Source: Bdellovibrio sp.
Lineage (GTDB): Bacteria; Bdellovibrionota; Bdellovibrionia; Bdellovibrionales; Bdellovibrionaceae
NCBI GenBank assembly: GCA_036677065.1
Contig: JAKFBS010000011.1
Location: 32,001 to 96,000 of the forward strand
Direction of reading: 5' to 3'
DNA: 64,000 bases
Numbering within the stretch: the stretch's first letter is position 1; each line of letters begins with the position of its first letter. The position numbers and the translations under genes were made by a program. Of this stretch, positions 56,634-64,000 are shown one piece after another. The notes beneath the pieces are model-generated. The model made no database searches, was not told where the DNA came from, and saw only the letters and a program-made list of their open reading frames with translations.

Positions 56634-57668
56634 TTAACCAACCGACGATTTCGAATCGAAAGCGTCACGTACCGCCAAGCCGATATTAATTAATAGAGTT
56701 AATGTAATAATTAAAGCTGCTGCTGGGTACCAGACTAACCACTCTGCCGTGGTAAAGTATTTTTGCGCCTGTTGAAGTAATTCACCCCAACTTGGAGTTG
56801 GTGCGCGTAAGCCTAAACCTAAATAATCTAAGAATGATAACACAGAAATATTTGCAGCAATATCAAACGGAGAAAACGTCACAACCGGAGTAATTGCATT
56901 TGGTAAGATATGTTTAAAGATCACCCGTTTATCAGAAGATCCTAAAGCCTTAGCCGCTTCAACGTATTCACGTTTACGTAATTGTAAAAACTGAGCGCGC
57001 ATGTAAAGCGCCATCTTCGTCCAATCAAATAGTGCTAAGAATAAAACCAGCACTAATAGATTTGGCGTAAAAATCGAAATGATTGTGATCAAAATTAACG
57101 TTGTCGGCATTGTTTGAATAATTTCAACCGAACGCATACCAATTAAATCGATCTTGCCACCGTAATAACCGGCAATAGAACCAATCGTAATACCGACAAG
57201 GTACGAACAAATCCACGCCCCTAAAGCAAAGATAAATGAATAACGTAATCCGTAAAGCAGACGGGTTAAAACATCACGACCGCGATCGTCTGTTCCCATC
57301 GGATTAAATTTAGTCGGAGCCGCCGGATAACTTTCAACTGTCGTATTGCTTTCAAATGGATCCCATTGAACCACTGGCCATACAGCCCAGTCGCCTTCTT
57401 TAAATTCTAAAGAGCGGTAATCCATCACATAAATATCTTCGCGGCCAAAAACCGTTGGGTGATATTCTTTAACTAACGGAAAATAAATTTCGCCCTGATA
57501 TTTCATAACATGTGGTTTACTGTTCGCCCAGAATTCAGCTGTGAACGAGAAAAACAATAATGCCAAAATCATCCACGAAGAAAAAACGGCTAATTTATTT
57601 CTTTTAAAACGGCGGTAGCGCTTTAAAGTTAGTTCATTTGTAATAAATCTGTTTTCAATGATGTTCAT
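56634..57668 (-). CDS. oppC: Peptide ABC transporter permease (OppC/YejE-like)
   Basis: GTDDRGRDVLTRL, EYVEAAKALG, HILPNA, PSWG. Confidence 0.88.
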   Translation of the reverse strand: MNIIENRFITNELTLKRYRRFKRNKLAVFSSWMILALLFFSFTAEFWANSKPHVMKYQGEIYFPLVKEYHPTVFGREDIYVMDYRSLEFKEGDWAVWPVVQWDPFESNTTVESYPAAPTKFNPMGTDDRGRDVLTRLLYGLRYSFIFALGAWICSYLVGITIGSIAGYYGGKIDLIGMRSVEIIQTMPTTLILITIISIFTPNLLVLVLFLALFDWTKMALYMRAQFLQLRKREYVEAAKALGSSDKRVIFKHILPNAITPVVTFSPFDIAANISVLSFLDYLGLGLRAPTPSWGELLQQAQKYFTTAEWLVWYPAAALIITLTLLINIGLAVRDAFDSKSSVG

Positions 57669-57680
57669 CTATATTTACCG

Positions 57681-58691
57681 TTATTTAAAATCAATACGAG
57701 GATCAACCAGTACATAGATAATATCGCTTAAGATATTTCCTATTAATAATAACAAGGCTGAAATGAATGTTAATCCCATGATCACGTTGTAATCGCGGGC
57801 AAGAATAGAACTGTAACCTAATAACCCGATACCATCTAAGTTGAAAACCGTTTCAACAATTAATGAACCTGCTAAGAACACACGTAAAAATCCGCCTAAA
57901 CCAGTCGCTACCGGAATTAGGGCATTACGCAAAGCATGTTTGTAATAAACCATGCGGTCTGAAAGACCTTTGGCGCGCGCGGTACGGATATAATCAGATT
58001 TAATAATATCTAACATCGAGTTACGCACTAACATTGATAACTCAGTAAAGTTTCCGATCATGTAACATGTTAGTGGCAAAACAAAGTGATACGCGCGATC
58101 GCCGATTTTACCTAGCGTTGTTAAGTTGTCGTACTCATCAGATTTGATTCCACCAATTGGAAACCAATCAAAATACGAACCGCCGGCAAACCAAACAATT
58201 AAGAAAATCCCCAACACCAGCGGAGGAATCGAATAAGTGATGTAAAGTAAAAATCCTGAGATCTGGTCAAAGGCACTTCCGGCTTTAATAGCTTTTTTTA
58301 CGCCGAGCGGAATACAAACCAGATAAGTTAAGAACAACGAAGCCAAACCAAATGATAATGAAACTGGAAATTTAGAAGAAATAACGTCGATCACCGGCTC
58401 TTGATACGAGAAGCTATCGCCGAAATCCATTTTGGTAATATTTTTAAGCCAGATTAGGTAACGTTCATGGATTGGCTTATCAAAACCGTACTGCTTTGCT
58501 AAATTATCAAGCATTTCTTGCGATACACCCGTTGAACGACCGCCATCGCCGCCGCCGCCCATACGAATTTTTTGCATCTTTTGCTCAATCGGCCCGCCTG
58601 GAGCCGCATTGATGATCAAGAATGTAATTAAAGTAATACCGATGAAGGTAGGAATCGCTAATAGAATACGTCTCAGGATGTAAACGAACAT
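57681..58691 (-). CDS. oppB: Peptide ABC transporter permease (OppB/YejB-like)
   Basis: APGGP, DYIRTARAKGL, HALRNA, DPRI. Confidence 0.88.
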   Translation of the reverse strand: MFVYILRRILLAIPTFIGITLITFLIINAAPGGPIEQKMQKIRMGGGGDGGRSTGVSQEMLDNLAKQYGFDKPIHERYLIWLKNITKMDFGDSFSYQEPVIDVISSKFPVSLSFGLASLFLTYLVCIPLGVKKAIKAGSAFDQISGFLLYITYSIPPLVLGIFLIVWFAGGSYFDWFPIGGIKSDEYDNLTTLGKIGDRAYHFVLPLTCYMIGNFTELSMLVRNSMLDIIKSDYIRTARAKGLSDRMVYYKHALRNALIPVATGLGGFLRVFLAGSLIVETVFNLDGIGLLGYSSILARDYNVIMGLTFISALLLLIGNILSDIIYVLVDPRIDFK

Positions 58692-58762
58692 ACGAAGCTT
58701 ATACTGATCATGCTGAAAGAGGGCAAACGATTTTACAAAATCTGTGACAAATTTTGGGCATA

Positions 58763-58828
58763 AAAAAATGCCAGGAAGGCATTTTTTCGCGCGAGCCCCG
58801 TAGGGGGTTTTGGGCAGGAGCCCAAAAC
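58763..58828. repeat. Cluster of short palindromes (REP-like) between oppA and oppB
   Basis: AAAAAATGCC-AGGAA-GGCATTTTTT; CCCC-GTA-GGGG; GTTTTGGGC-AGGA-GCCCAAAAC. Confidence 0.5.
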
Positions 58829-58861
58829 AAAAAAACCCAAGGATTTGAAGCCTTGGGTTTT
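58829..58861 (-). terminator. Rho-independent terminator after oppA
   Basis: Minus strand AAAACCCAAGG-N8-CCTTGGGTTTTTTT. Confidence 0.75.
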
Positions 58862-58898
58862 GTAGTTTCTACTCTGTTTAGAATTTAAACTCAAAGTG

Positions 58899-60539
58899 CT
58901 ACTTCGTAGCAGCCCACCAAGTTCTGAAACCAAAATCGTATTTAAAAGTGTCGCCCGGAGATTTCACTTTGTTAGACATACCGTAGTACTCATACTTGCG
59001 GTTAAACAAGAATACATAAGGAACATCGTCAGCGATTAAGCCGTAAACTTTTTTGAAGATCGCATTACGTTTCTTAGGGTCTAATTCTTGGCGGCCTTCG
59101 TCGATTAATTTATCAACTTCTGCATTCGCGTAAGTGCCGTAGTTAGAACCACCTTTTGAAGCTGAAGAAGAATGCCAAATTTGTTTTGGATCGCCTTCAA
59201 CGTCTCCGCCGCCCCAGCCCATTGCCCATAATTGCATTTGGCGCTCGTCAACATTCTTGATGAAAGTGTTCCACTCTAAAAGTTTTAATTCGACATCAAT
59301 ACCTGCTTTTTTGCAGTCTTCTTTAACGATAGTCCACTGTTTTTCAGAATCTTTATTAGCGTAGATGAAAGTTAATTTTAACTCTGTTTTCTTACCGTTA
59401 ATTTCTTTTTCTAAAATACCATTTTTATCAGCATCAGCCCAGCCAGATTTATTTAATAAGGCTTTAGCTTTAGCCGGACTGAATTCGATCGCTTTGTTAG
59501 CCGGAGACTGTGCTGTTCCAACAGGTACCGGAGAAGTTGCTAAGTGATTTAAGTTCTCGGCAAATTTTTTGTTCATTTCAGCGCGATTTACTAAGTGAGC
59601 AAATGCAATACGCACGTTTTTGTCAGCTAAGATTGGATCTTTAAAGTTAAAACCGATGTAGCCGTATGATTTAGGCATATCATTTTTAACAGCTAAACCG
59701 ATAAATTTTTCAGCAACAGTTTTAGCTTTGAAAGGTTTGCCAGTCGCTTTTAAGAAAGTGTCAGTTGATTTGAATTCAGCGTAATCAAGGTCACCTTTTT
59801 TAAGACGTTCAACTAAAATGTTATCATCTTTAGTGAAACGGAAATTGATTTGGTCAAAGTTATAAAAACCTTTTAAAGCCGGAACAGTCCAGCCATACCA
59901 CTTTTCATTACGTTTGATAGAGATTGATTGGCCTTTATCGTATTTAAGTAATGAGTACGGACCGGCACCGATCGCTTCTTTTTGCATTTTTACAGACTTG
60001 TTAATATCGCCGTAAACTGATTTAGGTAAGATGATCATACCGCAAAGAGAATTTAAATTTTGGAAGTATTTTTCTGAAGCAATGAATTTCACAGTGTGCT
60101 TATCGATAACTTCAACTTTTGAGATTTTTTCAAAGTAAGGAAGCATATTTAAAGCTTGGTGCTTAGGTTCTCTGATAGTTTCTAAAGAAAACTTAACATC
60201 TTCAGCAGTTACTGGTTCACCGTTTTGAAAAACAGCATCTTTACGTAAGAAAAATGTAAAAGATAACCCGTCTTTACCGATATCCCATTTTTCAGCTAGG
60301 CGTGGTTCAAAAGCCCAAGTGTTAAAGTTATTAGTACACAAAGAATCATGCACGTAATTGTTGAAGTATTGGTTATAAACATCGCCACCCATAATTGGAT
60401 GTAAGCTTTCAGGCTCAGCATCGAAGTTATAATTAAATGCGCCGCCCTTTGGAGCAGATGCATTTGCAGTTACCGCTTGTGCAACAGAAGTTAGGTTCAT
60501 GACTACCGCTGCTGCTGTGATTAGTTTTAAGAATTTCAT
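58899..60539 (-). CDS. oppA: Peptide ABC transporter substrate-binding protein
   Basis: EPRLAEKW..FFLRKDAVFQNGEPVTAEDVKFS, GAGPY, VRIAF; signal peptide. Confidence 0.9.
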   Translation of the reverse strand: MKFLKLITAAAVVMNLTSVAQAVTANASAPKGGAFNYNFDAEPESLHPIMGGDVYNQYFNNYVHDSLCTNNFNTWAFEPRLAEKWDIGKDGLSFTFFLRKDAVFQNGEPVTAEDVKFSLETIREPKHQALNMLPYFEKISKVEVIDKHTVKFIASEKYFQNLNSLCGMIILPKSVYGDINKSVKMQKEAIGAGPYSLLKYDKGQSISIKRNEKWYGWTVPALKGFYNFDQINFRFTKDDNILVERLKKGDLDYAEFKSTDTFLKATGKPFKAKTVAEKFIGLAVKNDMPKSYGYIGFNFKDPILADKNVRIAFAHLVNRAEMNKKFAENLNHLATSPVPVGTAQSPANKAIEFSPAKAKALLNKSGWADADKNGILEKEINGKKTELKLTFIYANKDSEKQWTIVKEDCKKAGIDVELKLLEWNTFIKNVDERQMQLWAMGWGGGDVEGDPKQIWHSSSASKGGSNYGTYANAEVDKLIDEGRQELDPKKRNAIFKKVYGLIADDVPYVFLFNRKYEYYGMSNKVKSPGDTFKYDFGFRTWWAATK

Positions 60540-60753
60540 ATGAAATATTCCCCTTTTCATTCGCCTGCTAGAATAATGAAGTGTATTCGGTGTTCAAGGG
60601 GTAATTTGAATTTTATATATTATTGCTGCAGATAGCTAAAAACCTGTAATTACTTTGAAATTTTCTGTTGCGGGCCTCAAGTCCACAAGCTATCTATGCT
60701 TGAGCAAAAGTGCTAAATTTACTTATATTTTATTAAACTCTACCGAGGTTTTT

Positions 60754-61827
60754 ATGAGCTCAACTGACACCACAAGAAAAGCAAAATTTGATGCTACAAC
60801 GACCATTTCATCTGAATTTGGCATCTTCGGCATCCCCCTTTCTGAAGAAGAATGCCAATTAGTTATGCTGCCGGTTCCGTGGGAGGTCACAACTTCTTAC
60901 GGTAAAGGCGCTTCAAACGGCCCGCGCATCATCCGCCAAGCTTCTGAACAAATCGATCTTTTCGACTTTGAAACTAAGACTGCCTATGAAGCTGGTTATT
61001 TCATGAAAGAAATCTCTGCAGAAATTGATAACAAATCAAAAAACTTCAAAGAGATCGCTCAAAAAGTTATTCACATGAAAACTGAGCAATCTACTGACAC
61101 GACAACGATAGAAAAATTAACGGCGCAGGTTAACCAAGCGTCGCGCGAATTAACTGACTGGGTTTACACTGAGACTAAAAAAATTCTGGATGCCGGCAAA
61201 CTATTCGGTTTAGTTGGCGGTGATCATTCAACTCCATTAGGAGCTATGAAAGCGATTTGCGAAAAGCATAAGGGCGAAGTTGGCGTATTACACATCGATG
61301 CGCACTCTGATACGCGTAAAGCTTACCAAGGTTTTGAGCAGTCTCACGCTTCGATTATGTATAACGTGATGAATTTACCTGAAGCTTCTCGTCCTAAAAA
61401 ATTAGTGCAAGTGGGTATTCGTGATTTCTGTGAAGAAGAATTTGATTTTATTAAATCACGCTCTGACATTAAAACATTTTTTGACCTGCCGACAAAACAA
61501 CGTCTGTTAAAAGGCGAAAGCTGGGCATCGGTTGCTGCAGATATCGTTTCTGAGCTTCCGCAAAAAGTTTACATCTCATTTGATATTGATGGCTTAGATC
61601 CACGCTTCTGCCCGTCGACTGGAACTCCGGTGATTGGTGGTTTATCAACTGACGAAGTGTTTTTCTTATTCACGACTTTAGCAGCGAGTGGCCGCCAAAT
61701 CGTAGGTTTTGACTTAAATGAAGTTTCTACCGGCGAAGCTGAAGAGTCTGAATGGGACGGCAACGTGGGTGCACGTATGCTTTATAAATTGTGTAACTGG
61801 TCAATCGTGACTAATAATAAGAAGTAA
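60754..61827 (+). CDS. speB: Agmatinase (ureohydrolase family)
   Basis: GGDHS, HIDAHSD, SFDIDGLDP, GTPVIGG. Confidence 0.88.
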   Translation: MSSTDTTRKAKFDATTTISSEFGIFGIPLSEEECQLVMLPVPWEVTTSYGKGASNGPRIIRQASEQIDLFDFETKTAYEAGYFMKEISAEIDNKSKNFKEIAQKVIHMKTEQSTDTTTIEKLTAQVNQASRELTDWVYTETKKILDAGKLFGLVGGDHSTPLGAMKAICEKHKGEVGVLHIDAHSDTRKAYQGFEQSHASIMYNVMNLPEASRPKKLVQVGIRDFCEEEFDFIKSRSDIKTFFDLPTKQRLLKGESWASVAADIVSELPQKVYISFDIDGLDPRFCPSTGTPVIGGLSTDEVFFLFTTLAASGRQIVGFDLNEVSTGEAEESEWDGNVGARMLYKLCNWSIVTNNKK

Positions 61828-61828
61828 T

Positions 61829-62452
61829 ATGTCATTAGCTGCTTATTTTGATTCTCGTGTTCCGGTAATTCTTGATCTTGGCTTTCGCGAAGATGGCATT
61901 GCTTTATTAAAACAATATGTCGAATTACTATGGGCATCGAATGAAGAATTAAATTTATTCAGCCGCAAAATGACTGTTGAAGAATTAGTGGATAATCACG
62001 TGATCGATTGTTTGCTTCCATTAAAACAATTTCCGACAAATTTAAGGTATGCCGCTGATCTTGGTTCTGGTGGCGGTTTACCTGGCGTGATTTATGCGAT
62101 TCAATTTCCGAACACGCGATATATTTTATTTGAAAAAAGTGTTTTAAAACAAAACTTTCTAAATAAATGTAAAACTCTGGCGCCTAATTTAGTGGTGCAA
62201 GGTGAAATTCCGCATGATTTAGAAAAAGTGCAAATCGTGACGGCTCGGGCCTTCAAGCCAATTGATGTGATTTTAGATATCACGCGTTCTTATTACGGCA
62301 AAAAAGGTAAATACTTTTTACTAAAAGGCCGCCAAGAAAAAATCGATGAAGAATTGCAATTAGCGAAAAAGAAATTCAAAGAATTAACTATCGAATCACG
62401 TGCGCTTAAGTCTCCAGTGATGGATGTTGAACGCCATTTAGTTCTAATTTAA
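61829..62452 (+). CDS. rsmG: 16S rRNA m7G527 methyltransferase
   Basis: NLFS..HVIDCL, DLGSGGGLPG, TARAF. Confidence 0.9.
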   Translation: MSLAAYFDSRVPVILDLGFREDGIALLKQYVELLWASNEELNLFSRKMTVEELVDNHVIDCLLPLKQFPTNLRYAADLGSGGGLPGVIYAIQFPNTRYILFEKSVLKQNFLNKCKTLAPNLVVQGEIPHDLEKVQIVTARAFKPIDVILDITRSYYGKKGKYFLLKGRQEKIDEELQLAKKKFKELTIESRALKSPVMDVERHLVLI

Positions 62453-62570
62453 TTATTAAATACAAATCCCCGACTATCTTCCAGTTTTCCTGTGTTAACA
62501 CCACGTAAACATTTATTCGTGTAGAATAATTTTCGTACCCCAATATATAAAACCAAAACAGGAGATTCTC

Positions 62571-63128
62571 ATGAAAAAAGCTTTTTTATTTTTCGCCGTC
62601 GTATTTGCTGCCGCTTTAGTAGTTCGCGCTGACCAATGTGCTTGGAATTCAAAAACAGATGGCACATCTGCAAAACAGTTAATCCAAAAAAACGTTGAGC
62701 TTATCGACTGGTGTGGAGCTTGCGATGAAAAAAAGCCAGGTCTTATCTATGTGGTTTCAGATGTTAAAATTGACAAAGAAACTGGTGAAATCGCCGTTAA
62801 AGCCACTTACAAATCTAGCAAAAAAGCCGTAACTTCTTATACTAATCAAGCAGGCTGGCACATGATTGATCTAGCTTATGCTTATGTAAGAACTTCTTCT
62901 GATACATTTGCTAACTTAGCTCACTTAGTAGGTTGCCCTTCGACTGGTTCATACTCATTCATTCAAACTGTGGGTAATTCGAAACGCCCTCACTACTACG
63001 ATGCTAAAGGTGAGCGCCAAGATTACAAAATTAATAACAACATGGATATCGAAGTCATGCCTACAGAAGACATTGGCTCTTGGACTAAAGAAACTGGTCG
63101 TAAACCAGCTAATAACAAAAAGAAATAA
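62571..63128 (+). CDS. Hypothetical secreted protein
   Basis: CAGGAG SD; signal peptide; ADQC..WCGAC..IDLAYAYV..GCP. Confidence 0.75.
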   Translation: MKKAFLFFAVVFAAALVVRADQCAWNSKTDGTSAKQLIQKNVELIDWCGACDEKKPGLIYVVSDVKIDKETGEIAVKATYKSSKKAVTSYTNQAGWHMIDLAYAYVRTSSDTFANLAHLVGCPSTGSYSFIQTVGNSKRPHYYDAKGERQDYKINNNMDIEVMPTEDIGSWTKETGRKPANNKKK

Positions 63129-63172
63129 TTGGTTATCCAGTTAGATAAACCTAATTATTGTAGGTTGAAAAT

Positions 63173-63205
63173 AAAAAACCCGCTTTCATCAAGCGGGTTT
63201 TTTTT
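63173..63205. terminator. Bidirectional Rho-independent terminator
   Basis: AAAAAACCCGCTT-TCATC-AAGCGGGTTTTTTT between convergent genes. Confidence 0.85.
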
Positions 63206-63262
63206 ATTGTGAATTTAATGCGTTGTTACCAGAAACAGGGCGCGGGCTGCGTGCCCTGGCAC

Positions 63263-63730
63263 CTAGCGAGCGTAACGTTTATCAACTGATTCGCGGATCT
63301 CAGCACCTTCGATGCTTAATCGAGTCCAAGGAATCGCGCGAAGTCTTTCAGTCTCGATGATCTCTTCAGTTTCTTCGCAGAAGCCGTAAGAACCGTTTTC
63401 CATTCTTCCTAATGCGCTTTCGATTTCTAATAATTGGCTGCGAAGGCGGTCAGTTTGTGACATCACTTCTTGTTCAGCTAAGATTCTCATAGTTTGGTCA
63501 GCTTCATCGCCACCGCGCTCAACTTGGTCTAACTTACCACGAGCTTCTTTTACGCGATTTAATAAGTCAGCTTTTGTCGTTAAAAGCTTCTCGCGGCATT
63601 CACTGATTAAAGCCTCAGTGATTTTTGGAGCTTGGAATTCAACTCTTGGAGCTGCTGGTTTTAGATCAGTTACTCTAGTCGCTGCTACTTTAGTTTTTGT
63701 AGCCTTTGGTTCAACCGTAGTTTTTGCCAT
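63263..63730 (-). CDS. dksA: DksA/TraR-family RNA polymerase-binding factor
   Basis: Coiled-coil tip GDEADQ; IESALGRMENGSYGFCEETEEII..RLRAIPW. Confidence 0.88.
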   Translation of the reverse strand: MAKTTVEPKATKTKVAATRVTDLKPAAPRVEFQAPKITEALISECREKLLTTKADLLNRVKEARGKLDQVERGGDEADQTMRILAEQEVMSQTDRLRSQLLEIESALGRMENGSYGFCEETEEIIETERLRAIPWTRLSIEGAEIRESVDKRYAR

Positions 63731-63797
63731 TGTACCCTCCTTGCAATTAGCCCAGATTCTTTAAATTCGTTTTTATATAGAATTTAAGAGCCCAGTC

Positions 63798-63824
63798 TTA
63801 TCGGCATCTTCGCCAATAACTTAA
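63798..63824 (-). promoter_or_regulatory. Sigma-28 (FliA) promoter upstream of dksA
   Basis: TTAAGTTA-N11-GCCGATAA; perfect -10. Confidence 0.75.
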
Positions 63825-64000
63825 GTTCCAAAATGGAACTGCACACATATAAATAGAATTTTGTAATTTATGCAACGAAAATCTTACAGAAAATGAAATA
63901 CAGTAAGATATTGAATTTATTAACCAATTTTCAATCGGTAAGTCTGGGTGCTTGGCGTTAATTTCGTAAGAATGCGTAAAAATGATCTGAAATAAAAGCT

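Noticed and set aside
62571..63128. WCGAC as a thioredoxin active site
   Set aside because: No other thioredoxin-fold features; the Cys residues are more likely structural disulfides in a secreted protein.

Overview
A 64 kb chromosomal window with no rRNA, tRNA, CRISPR or integrase that I could recognise. Gene content and style suggest a Bdellovibrionota predator (Bdellovibrio/Pseudobdellovibrio-like); this is an inference. Housekeeping genes include two tandem flagellins, aceE, two thiolases, trxB, trmB, leuS, speA/speB, rsmG, a zinc-free dksA and a split Opp-type ABC transporter. Five items stand out. (1) An ~11 kb putative trans-envelope signalling cluster (30.6-41.3 kb): three secreted FecR-domain proteins, two TPR + beta-barrel-like proteins, a CHASE2-type adenylate cyclase and two paralogous PilZ-like proteins. 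(2) A signal-peptide-bearing, teneurin-like Rhs/YD protein with an HExxH C-terminal cargo and an abutting GspG-like candidate immunity gene. (3) A REC-GGDEF enzyme with the Hypr (cGAMP-synthase) Asp-to-Ser signature. (4) CsrA-type GGA hairpins and a covarying hairpin array around the flagellin genes. (5) Many apparently leaderless genes. A GNAT gene with an in-frame TAG, a BrnTA toxin-antitoxin pair and an unannotated 44-aa lipoprotein are also present. All calls come from motif recognition by eye; no searches were run.
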